From the NCBI GenBank assembly GCA_964408055.1, contig CAYOXV010000003.1, forward strand, positions 1,437 through 42,566: DNA of 41,130 nt, read 5' to 3'. The position numbers and the translations under genes were made by a program. Within the stretch, counting starts at the first letter, position 1; the number at the start of each line of letters is the position of its first letter. The stretch is from an uncultured Gammaproteobacteria bacterium (lineage in GTDB: Bacteria > Patescibacteriota > Microgenomatia > UBA12405). Shown here piece by piece: positions 32,050 through 39,488 of this stretch. A model generated the notes under the pieces. That model was given only the letters and a program-made list of their open reading frames with translations. It ran no database searches and was not told the DNA's origin.

Positions 32050-32979
32050 CTAATTGTGAGCAATTATTTTAATTGGTTCTACTATTTGACCATTTAAATC
32101 TAAATTGACTCTATCAAAAATATAACCGGTTTTTTCAGCAATTATTAAATATCTACCATTAGCTAATGGGGTTGATATTTTAAATTGTCCCAGTGAGTTA
32201 GTTTTTAATACCCTTGAAGGGTTTCCATGTTCATCTTGAATTTCTACAATCACCCCGTCAACTATCTTTCCTTCATTACTTGTCGCCATTCCCACTATTA
32301 CATTAGCTACTTCTGGAATATCTGGCATCGGGATTGTTCCAAAAAGGACTTTCCCTGTTGCTTCTAATTTTTCTGATTTTAATCCCAAATTAGCTTGTTC
32401 ATCTCGCCAATTAGCTGTTTTTACTTCCTTATCTTCTTTTGTTGGACTAACTACCACTTCTGTTTTTTTTATTTCACCTTTATTTAAATTAGTGGCTACT
32501 TTTTCTAATTCTGTTGTTGGCCCTACCACCTTTTTTTTATTTCCATGTAATCTATCTTTTAATGATGTTGTTTGGAAAAAATCGTTAAAATTTCTATGTT
32601 CTTTATTTTCTTTTTCTTCATCTACTTTTTTTATTACTGTCTTAGTTGAAGTAATTACCTTAGTTGCATCCAAATCTAACCAATTTTTATTACCATTTTT
32701 TTTATAAGTATAAATTGTTGGTCTATAAATAGATTTAATAAAAGACATTATCCAGTTTTCTAAGGGTCTGTCTTCAAAGGGGACAAAAGCTAGCAATAAT
32801 CCGCCTCCACCCAAAACCACCATCAATGGCCATTTAACTATAATTATTAATTTTGTTGCATTTATTAACAAAGCTAAAATAATTCCCACCGCTGCCTTCA
32901 AAAATTGCTTCAAAGTCATCTCTCCCACTAATTTAAATTCGTAGGATGATATTTGCTGTGGAATTGCATGTTGTTCCAT
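32050..32979 (-). CDS. PrgI/VirB3-like membrane protein fused to a C-terminal carboxypeptidase-regulatory-like (prealbumin-fold) domain
   Basis: The N-terminus, IPQQISSYEFKLVGEMTLKQFLKAAVGIILALLI plus a second TM helix, matches the PrgI-family pattern. The C-terminus is VDGVIVEIQDEHGNPSRVLKTNSLGQFKISTPLANGRYLIIAEKTGYIF. Confidence 0.5.
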   Translation of the reverse strand: MEQHAIPQQISSYEFKLVGEMTLKQFLKAAVGIILALLINATKLIIIVKWPLMVVLGGGGLLLAFVPFEDRPLENWIMSFIKSIYRPTIYTYKKNGNKNWLDLDATKVITSTKTVIKKVDEEKENKEHRNFNDFFQTTSLKDRLHGNKKKVVGPTTELEKVATNLNKGEIKKTEVVVSPTKEDKEVKTANWRDEQANLGLKSEKLEATGKVLFGTIPMPDIPEVANVIVGMATSNEGKIVDGVIVEIQDEHGNPSRVLKTNSLGQFKISTPLANGRYLIIAEKTGYIFDRVNLDLNGQIVEPIKIIAHN

Positions 32980-32985
32980 TATTTA

Positions 32986-32994
32986 ATTCTATCA
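32986..32994 (-). promoter_or_regulatory. Extended -10 box (TGaTAGAAT) 6 nt upstream of ATG 32979 (start of T4SS block B)
   Basis: The minus strand reads TGATAGAAT-TAAATA-ATG. Confidence 0.5.
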
Positions 32995-33080
32995 GCAAAC
33001 AGGTCAATTTTTAAATTAAATCCACTTCATTAAAGTAAAGATGTTATCAAGCTCTAAAGGGTTTTTTGATAAACTACGTC

Positions 33081-33971
33081 ATGTCTAAACTTTTAGTTGT
33101 TGATGGTCATGCTGTTATCCATCGGGCTTACCACTCTATTCCAGAATTGACCCTAAATGGTCAACCAGTCAATGCTATCTATGGTTTTTACTCTATGCTT
33201 TTATCTGCTATCTCTCAACTCAATCCTAAATATCTCATAGTTTGTCTTGATTCTCCTGGCCCAACCTTTAGACAATCAGAGTTTGTTGGTTATCGAGCCA
33301 AAAGAAAAGTCCCAGATCATAGTCTTATTTCCCAACTCCCACTTTTAAAATCAACCTTAGAAGAGTCTGGCATTAAAACCTTTTCCATGGGTGGTTATGA
33401 AGCTGATGATCTTATTGCTACTGTCGTCAAAAAAGCTTCTAAAAAAAACTTTATTGATGAGATAGTAATTATCACTGGTGATAAAGATTTAATGCAATTA
33501 ATCGATAGTAAAACATCTTTACTCATGCCTCTTCGAGGTCTCTCTGAAACAAAAATATTTGAGCCAGAGGATGTTGTTGAAAAATTAGGTGTCAAACCAT
33601 CCCAAGTTGTTGATCTAAAAGCTTTAATGGGGGATATGTCCGATAGTTATCCCGGTGTTGCTGGTATCGGTCCAAAAGTTGCTACTGATCTTCTTACTGA
33701 GTATCAAAATTTAGACAATATTTACCAAAATTTAGATAACATCAAACCAACTATCAAAGAAAAATTGGTTAGGGAAAAAGAAAACGCCTATCTTTCCCAA
33801 AAATTAGCTACTCTAATTGACAATATCCCCATTAAATTTAAAATGTCCCAAGCCCGTTGGAATCAAAATATTATTTCTGGCTTAAACACTCTTTTTAAGA
33901 ATTATAATTTCAAATCTCTTATTAATCGTCTTGATCAACCAGCCAAACCGAAACAAAATAGTTTATTTTAA
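33081..33971 (+). CDS. Stand-alone 5'-3' exonuclease / flap endonuclease (Pol I N-terminal domain type)
   Basis: Matching segments are LLVVDGHAVIHRAYH, YEADDLIAT, ITGDKDLMQL and the H3TH motif DSYPGVAGIGPKVATDLL. No polymerase domain follows. I place the start at ATG 33081; the track start is TTG 33066. Confidence 0.85.
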   Translation: MSKLLVVDGHAVIHRAYHSIPELTLNGQPVNAIYGFYSMLLSAISQLNPKYLIVCLDSPGPTFRQSEFVGYRAKRKVPDHSLISQLPLLKSTLEESGIKTFSMGGYEADDLIATVVKKASKKNFIDEIVIITGDKDLMQLIDSKTSLLMPLRGLSETKIFEPEDVVEKLGVKPSQVVDLKALMGDMSDSYPGVAGIGPKVATDLLTEYQNLDNIYQNLDNIKPTIKEKLVREKENAYLSQKLATLIDNIPIKFKMSQARWNQNIISGLNTLFKNYNFKSLINRLDQPAKPKQNSLF

Positions 33972-33977
33972 AAGAAT

Positions 33978-35108
33978 ATGTCAAAAAAACTTAAAATAGC
34001 TCTAGTTCAAGATTATCTTAAAGAATTCGGTGGGGCTGAAGCTGTTTTTGAAACTCTCTCTGACATCTTCCCCAATGCCCCAATTTACACTTCCCTTTAT
34101 AAACCAGAATTTTTAGGTCCTCATCAATCTCGTCTCCAAAAAAAATGGGATCATCGTATCCATCAAAGTTTTTTTGCATTTATTCCCTTTGCTCATAAAC
34201 TTATCAGCCCACTTCGACTTCTTTCTCCTCTAGCTTTTAAATCTTTTGATTTTTCTAAATTTGATCTAATTATTACTTCAGCCACTGGTGCCTATTTCCC
34301 TAATTCTCTAAACAAAAAATCAGCCAAACTTATTTGTTATTGTCATACTCCTCCTCGTTATCTTTATGGTCTTCCTACTGCTAGAAACTTTACTAAAAAT
34401 AAAATAATTAGAACCATTGTTGCTTTTACTAATCATTTTCTTCGCCTTAGAGATTTTCGTTTTTCTCAAAATGTCGATCAATATATTGCTAATTCCAAAA
34501 CTACTGCCGCTCGTATTCAAAAATTCTATCGTCGTGATGCCATTGTTATTAACCCACCCATAGATCTCCCAAATAAAAATTCCCAAGATTTAATTTCTAA
34601 TAATTCTAAATCAGATTATTTTCTCACTGGTGGCCGTCTCGCCCGTGCCAAACGTTTTGATATTGCCATTAAAGCTTGTAATCAACTCGGGCTTAAACTA
34701 AAAATATTTGGTCGTGATTTTTCTGGAGTTTCTGATGAATTAAAACAACTTGCTGGCCCTACTATTGAGTTTTTAGGTGAAGTTGATAATGACACTAGAT
34801 CCCTACTTTATCAAAATGCCAAAGCTTTTATTTTCTCCGCTGACCAAGAAGATTTTGGTATGGTTCCAGTTGAGTCTATGAGTTATGGTTGCCCAGTTAT
34901 TGCTTACAAAAGTGGGGGAGTTACTGAAACTGTCATTGATGGTAAAACTGGTGTCTTTTTCAATAATTTAACTAGTAAATCCTGTGCCAATGCTATTAAA
35001 AAATTTCAAAAATTAAAAATAAAACCATCCGATTGTATCTCTCGTGCCTCTGAATTTTCCAAAGAAAAATTTATTTCCAAGATTAAAAAACTAGTTTTAT
35101 CTGTTTAA
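33978..35108 (+). CDS. Glycosyltransferase family 4 (GT-B fold)
   Basis: The C-terminal signature is EDFGMVPVESMSYGCPVIAYKSGGVTETVIDGKTGVFF. Confidence 0.8.
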   Translation: MSKKLKIALVQDYLKEFGGAEAVFETLSDIFPNAPIYTSLYKPEFLGPHQSRLQKKWDHRIHQSFFAFIPFAHKLISPLRLLSPLAFKSFDFSKFDLIITSATGAYFPNSLNKKSAKLICYCHTPPRYLYGLPTARNFTKNKIIRTIVAFTNHFLRLRDFRFSQNVDQYIANSKTTAARIQKFYRRDAIVINPPIDLPNKNSQDLISNNSKSDYFLTGGRLARAKRFDIAIKACNQLGLKLKIFGRDFSGVSDELKQLAGPTIEFLGEVDNDTRSLLYQNAKAFIFSADQEDFGMVPVESMSYGCPVIAYKSGGVTETVIDGKTGVFFNNLTSKSCANAIKKFQKLKIKPSDCISRASEFSKEKFISKIKKLVLSV

Positions 35109-36035
35109 CCATTTTTCTGCATCCAAAGCTGCTCGACAACCTTCTCCCGCTGCTACCACTGCTTGTTTATGTTTTACATTGACACAGTCTCCAGCTGCAA
35201 AAACCCCACCAATATTAGTCATGGTTACAAATTCACTATTTTTACCTACTATTACTTGTCCTGTCTCATTTAAATCCACTAATCCCTTTAAAAATTCTGT
35301 TGCTGGACTACTTCCAATTGCCACAAACAACCCATCTAATGGTAATATTTTATCGGTGTTAGTTTTATTATTAAACACTTTAACCGATTCCAATTTTTCT
35401 TGACCGATTATTTCTTTTATTTCACTATTCCACCATATTTCTATCTTCTGGTTATTTAAAACTTTCTTCTGTTCCACCATTGAAGCTCTAAATTCTTCTC
35501 GTCTATGGATTAAATAAACTTTTTTACAAAACTTTGATAAAAATTCAGCTTCTTCACAAGCTGTATCTCCACCGCCAACTACTGCTACTGTTTTATCTCT
35601 AAAAAACATTCCATCACAAGTTGCACAACCACTAATTCCATGACCAATCAACTCTTTTTCTTTTGGTAACCCCAACCATTTAACCGCTGCTCCAGTTGCC
35701 ACTATTACTGATTTTGCTTCCAAAATCTGTCCATCAATTAATTCAACTTTAAAAATTTCTTCTTTATCAATTTTTTTTACTATTCCTGATTTTATTTCCA
35801 CTCCTAAATTTTTCACCTGTTGTTGCATATCCATCATTAATTTGACTCCGCCTGTTCCATTTGGGAATCCTGGCCAATTATCAACTGTGGTAGTAATTGT
35901 TAGTTGTCCTCCTGGTTGGTTACCAGCAATCACAATTGTTTTTAAATCTGCTCGAGAGTTATAAATTGCTGCTGTTAAACCTGCTGGGCCTGATCCAATT
36001 ATCAAAGTGTCAAAAATCTGATTATTTTCATTCAT
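35097..36035 (-). CDS. trxB: Thioredoxin-disulfide reductase
   Basis: It has the FAD motif IIGSGPAGLTAA, the redox-active CATCDG, the NADPH motif VVGGGDTACEEA and the C-terminal GVFAAGDC. Confidence 0.93.
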   Translation of the reverse strand: MNENNQIFDTLIIGSGPAGLTAAIYNSRADLKTIVIAGNQPGGQLTITTTVDNWPGFPNGTGGVKLMMDMQQQVKNLGVEIKSGIVKKIDKEEIFKVELIDGQILEAKSVIVATGAAVKWLGLPKEKELIGHGISGCATCDGMFFRDKTVAVVGGGDTACEEAEFLSKFCKKVYLIHRREEFRASMVEQKKVLNNQKIEIWWNSEIKEIIGQEKLESVKVFNNKTNTDKILPLDGLFVAIGSSPATEFLKGLVDLNETGQVIVGKNSEFVTMTNIGGVFAAGDCVNVKHKQAVVAAGEGCRAALDAEKWLNR

Positions 36036-36041
36036 GAGACT

Positions 36042-36050
36042 ATTTTATCA
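36042..36050 (-). promoter_or_regulatory. Extended -10 box (TGaTAAAAT) 6 nt upstream of the trxB ATG
   Basis: The minus strand reads TGATAAAAT-AGTCTC-ATG. Confidence 0.5.
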
Positions 36051-36103
36051 TTCAATTCGGCTTTACTTTTTGGTTATTTTCCTCGATACTTAAACTTGAT
36101 AAC

Positions 36104-37024
36104 ATGCTCAAAAAAACTCACTTAACTATTATCTTCATTTTTAAAATCATTAAAAATAAACGTCGGTTTTTATTTTGGCTTTTTATTAGATTTCTATCAG
36201 CCTTACTTCCTCTTTTAAGTATTTACCTTTTTTCTTTAGCCATTAAAAATCTTGAAACTAATGCCGTTTTTACTTCTGTTTTCTTTCTCATGATCTTAAT
36301 TTTATTAGTCAAAGTTGTTGACAATTTTACTCGACTTAAATCAGTCTTTAAATTAGACGAATGTATTAGTGATATTGGTTTTGACGCTCATAATTATTTT
36401 AATAAAGATCTTAAAACTGAGACCAAAGAAGAACGTCATAAAATAGTTCAAGCTATTCGTAATTTTGCTGATGCCAGTTGTATTACTCTTAAACTCTTTT
36501 GCCAACCTGGGATGGATAGTGTTGTTTCTCTTATTGCCATTCCTACTATTTTATTTATTGTTGATTTCAAAATTTTTGTTCTAGAGGTAGCTTATATCTT
36601 AATTTATATGATTTTTGATTATTACACTACTCAAAAATATGTCAAGTTCAGAGACATTCAAAATACAAAAATAGAAAGTTATTATGCTAAATTTCAAGAG
36701 TCAAATGATATTGATTTAGAACAAAAAACTTTTACTCGTCATTTTACCCGTCTCTCTAATTGGAATTTTATTGAATGGTTTCTTCTTCAAAATACCGCTG
36801 TTTTCTTTTACACTCTTATTTTTGCCTACTCTATAATTGCTGTTCTAAGTGGTCAAAAACAAATTTCTGATGTTGTCTTAATTATGGGCTATGCTGCTTC
36901 TAGTCAAACATTTTTAAATTCATTTTCTGAAATTAAAGATAGTTTAACTGATGTCACTGTTGCCATTGATCATCTTGCTAAAAACAAACATATCTCCGCT
37001 GTCGATCTTGATGATTTGGTTTAA
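36104..37024 (+). CDS. Polytopic membrane protein, resembles an ABC-exporter transmembrane domain without an ATPase domain
   Basis: The 306-aa ORF has about 6 TM helices. Its N-terminal layout (KNKRRFLFWLFIRFLSALLPLLSIYLFSLAIK) is reminiscent of type I ABC exporter TMDs. No Walker motifs are present. Confidence 0.3.
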   Translation: MLKKTHLTIIFIFKIIKNKRRFLFWLFIRFLSALLPLLSIYLFSLAIKNLETNAVFTSVFFLMILILLVKVVDNFTRLKSVFKLDECISDIGFDAHNYFNKDLKTETKEERHKIVQAIRNFADASCITLKLFCQPGMDSVVSLIAIPTILFIVDFKIFVLEVAYILIYMIFDYYTTQKYVKFRDIQNTKIESYYAKFQESNDIDLEQKTFTRHFTRLSNWNFIEWFLLQNTAVFFYTLIFAYSIIAVLSGQKQISDVVLIMGYAASSQTFLNSFSEIKDSLTDVTVAIDHLAKNKHISAVDLDDLV

Positions 37025-37026
37025 GT

Positions 37027-37032
37027 TATAAT
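37027..37032 (+). promoter_or_regulatory. -10 box (TATAAT) 5 nt upstream of the mutM ATG
   Basis: The sequence is gtTATAATactttATG. Confidence 0.4.
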
Positions 37033-37037
37033 ACTTT

Positions 37038-37889
37038 ATGCCTGAACTTCCCGAAGTTGAAGTCGTTCGTCTTTTTTTGGAATCAAAACTTATTGGTAAA
37101 AAAATTTCAAAATTAGAAATAATTACCCCAAAAAGCTTTTTGGGTAATTCTAAATTAATCATTGGTCAAAAAATAACTAAATTTACTCGACTTGGTAAAC
37201 AACTTTCTATTCATCTTCAAAATAAACTAATTATTTTATTTCATCTCAAAATGACTGGTCAAATAATTTTTATTGATCAATCTAAAACCATCCTCGGTCA
37301 TCCTACTCCAAAAGAAGATAAAACTTCTCTTCCTAATAAATCCACCCGTCTTATATTTACTTTTTCTGATAAATCACGCCTTTTTTTCAACGATCAACGT
37401 AAATTCGGCTGGGTTAAAATTTTAACTCAAACCGATCTTGTTGAATTTCAAAAAAATATTGGTCTTGATGTTTTAAGCCCCGCCTTTACTGATAAATATT
37501 TTTATCAACAACTTCAAACCACCAGTCGTCCTATAAAATCAGTTTTATTAGACCAAAATAAGTTTGCCGGGGTTGGCAATATCTATGCCAATGATGCCTT
37601 GTTTTTAGCCAAAATTAATCCTACCACTCCTTCCAAAAAAATTTCTGACTCTAAATCCAAAATCCTTCACCAATATTTAATTGATTTAATAGAAGAATCA
37701 ATATCTCATGGTGGTTCTACTGCTAAAGATAATAAATATATTCACCCAGATGGAAGTTTTGGAGAACATCAATACCATTTTCGAGTTTATCAACGAGATA
37801 AACAAGCTTGCCTTATTTGCCAAACTCCTATTAAGAGAATTAAAATTAGTGGCCGAGGTACCTTTTATTGCCCTAAATGTCAAAAATAA
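37038..37889 (+). CDS. mutM: Formamidopyrimidine-DNA glycosylase
   Basis: It has the canonical N-terminus MPELPEVE, the H2TH region (LLDQNKFAGVGNIYANDALFLAKI) and the C-terminal zinc finger CLICQTPIKRIKISGRGTFYCPKCQ. Confidence 0.93.
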   Translation: MPELPEVEVVRLFLESKLIGKKISKLEIITPKSFLGNSKLIIGQKITKFTRLGKQLSIHLQNKLIILFHLKMTGQIIFIDQSKTILGHPTPKEDKTSLPNKSTRLIFTFSDKSRLFFNDQRKFGWVKILTQTDLVEFQKNIGLDVLSPAFTDKYFYQQLQTTSRPIKSVLLDQNKFAGVGNIYANDALFLAKINPTTPSKKISDSKSKILHQYLIDLIEESISHGGSTAKDNKYIHPDGSFGEHQYHFRVYQRDKQACLICQTPIKRIKISGRGTFYCPKCQK

Positions 37890-37897
37890 TTTCCTCA

Positions 37898-37926
37898 TTG
37901 ACGCCCATTATTTTTTTTAATATAAT
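37898..37926 (+). promoter_or_regulatory. Sigma-70-type promoter TTGACG-17 nt-TATAAT for the Rrf2::cysteine desulfurase operon
   Basis: The -35 box TTGACG is at 37898-37903 and the -10 box TATAAT at 37921-37926, with a 17-nt spacer. The ATG lies 32 nt downstream, so this transcript has a leader, unlike most others here. Confidence 0.6.
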
Positions 37927-37928
37927 TC

Positions 37929-37953
37929 AATTCGGACAAGTTTAGTCCGAATT
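37929..37953. promoter_or_regulatory. Perfect 9-bp inverted repeat (AATTCGGAC-N7-GTCCGAATT), candidate Rrf2/IscR-type operator over the transcription start
   Basis: The arms lie at 37929-37937 and 37945-37953. The repeat sits between the -10 box and the ATG of a gene whose product begins with an Rrf2 winged-helix domain. Confidence 0.5.
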
Positions 37954-37958
37954 AGATT

Positions 37959-39485
37959 ATGAATCTTTCTACTAAATCTCGTTATGGTATTCGAGCTCTG
38001 ACCAATATTCTTGATCAAGATTGTTGTTGTTCCGTCAAAACAATTGCCCATAAAGAACATATTTCTGCCACTTATTTAGAAAAAATTTTTGCCAAACTTA
38101 AAAAAGCCGGGATTCTTAAAGTTGAACGTGGTGCTAATGGCGGTTACGCTTTAAATCGTGATCCTAGTCAAATTACTTTAAAGGAAGTTATTAATGCCCT
38201 TGAAAAACCAGAGTTTATTTGTCCTGATTTCTGCGATTGTCAAAGCAAATCAATTTGGCATCAAATTCAATCTAGGTTTAATCAAGTTCTTAGTTCTCTT
38301 ACTCTCGATAATTTAAAAACTGATAATAATAAATTAGTTTATTTTGATTATGCCGCTTCTACTCCTGTTGATCCTCAAGTTTTATCCTTCATGTTGCCTT
38401 ATTTTGATTTTTCTTTTTCTGGTAACACTTCTTCTCTTCATCAATTTGGTCTTAAAGCTGCTCAGGCCGTTGAAGATAGTCGTGCTATCTTTGCTCAAAT
38501 TTTAAATTCTTCTCCAGACGAAATTGTTTTTACTTCGTCAGCCACCGAATCGAACAACACTGTTCTAAAAGGTGTTGCTTGGACCAACAAAGACAAAGGT
38601 AAGCACATTATTATTTCCTCAATTGAACATGATTGTGTCCGTCAATCAGCCAATTGGCTTAAAACAATGGGTTTTGAAATAACCGAAATTCCAGTTAATA
38701 AAGAGGGTCTAATTGATTTCAAATTTTTAGAATCTAATATTCGCCCCGATACTATTTTAGTTTCTATTATTCATGGTAATAATGAAATTGGGACTATCCA
38801 AGATATCGCTAAGATAGGGAAACTATGTCATAGTAGAGGAGTTTATTTCCATACTGATGCTTCTCAAAGTTTTACTAAATTACCTCTTGATGTCCAAAAA
38901 ATGAACATAGATTTTCTCACTGCTTCGTCTCATAAAATTTATGGGCCTAAAGGAGTTGGTCTTTTGTATATTAAATCTGGTAGTAAGATTACTCCACTTC
39001 TTCATGGTGGCGGCCATGAGTTAGGGTTTAGATCTTCTACTGTTAATCCACCCTTAATTGTTGGGTTTGCTAAAGCAGCTCAAATTGCTATTGATCAGAT
39101 GAAACAAGAAAATACTAGACTTAGTCAGGTTCGTGATTACCTTATTAAAAATATCTTAAAAACTATTCCCAATACTCATCTTAATGGTTCTATCAAATCT
39201 CGTCTCAGTAATAATGTAAATATTTCTTTTGCCAAAATTGAAGGAGAATCCCTTCAACTCAGTTTAGATCTCTATGGAATTGCTTGTTCTACCGGGTCTG
39301 CTTGTTCTTCTCACTCACTAGAGCCTAGTCATGTTCTTTTAGCCTTAGGTCTCAGAGCTGAGCAAGCTCATAGCTCTATTCGCTTTAGTCTTGGCCGTTT
39401 TACCAAAAAATCAGATATAGATTATTTATTAAAAATATTACCCGGAGAAGTTTCCAAACTTAGAAAGCTTTCTCCTTTTAAATAA
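37959..39485 (+). CDS. Rrf2/IscR-type transcription factor domain fused to a class V cysteine desulfurase (NifS/IscS-like)
   Basis: The first ~125 aa carry MNLSTKSRYGIRALTNIL...ISATYLEKIFAKLKKAGILKVERGANGGYAL plus the Cys cluster CPDFCDC. The rest carries YFDYAASTPVDP, SSIEHDCV, HTDASQS, the PLP lysine in SSHKIYGPKGVG and the catalytic Cys in CSTGSACSS. Confidence 0.85.
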   Translation: MNLSTKSRYGIRALTNILDQDCCCSVKTIAHKEHISATYLEKIFAKLKKAGILKVERGANGGYALNRDPSQITLKEVINALEKPEFICPDFCDCQSKSIWHQIQSRFNQVLSSLTLDNLKTDNNKLVYFDYAASTPVDPQVLSFMLPYFDFSFSGNTSSLHQFGLKAAQAVEDSRAIFAQILNSSPDEIVFTSSATESNNTVLKGVAWTNKDKGKHIIISSIEHDCVRQSANWLKTMGFEITEIPVNKEGLIDFKFLESNIRPDTILVSIIHGNNEIGTIQDIAKIGKLCHSRGVYFHTDASQSFTKLPLDVQKMNIDFLTASSHKIYGPKGVGLLYIKSGSKITPLLHGGGHELGFRSSTVNPPLIVGFAKAAQIAIDQMKQENTRLSQVRDYLIKNILKTIPNTHLNGSIKSRLSNNVNISFAKIEGESLQLSLDLYGIACSTGSACSSHSLEPSHVLLALGLRAEQAHSSIRFSLGRFTKKSDIDYLLKILPGEVSKLRKLSPFK

Positions 39486-39488
39486 ATT

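Noticed and set aside
8802-37920. The remaining short track ORFs are nested in larger genes: 8802-9047, 11522-11845, 12266-12592, 12935-13168, 16536-16787, 18332-18535, 19674-19865, 23035-23268, 23718-23912, 25656-26074, 26521-26802, 29115-29613, 30533-30966, 32492-32707, 33395-33595, 34320-34586, 35179-35403, 36944-37162 and 37698-37920.
   Set aside because: Each overlaps a longer ORF with clear family motifs (ftsH, dnaA, virB4, trxB, mutM and others), so they are treated as non-coding shadow frames.
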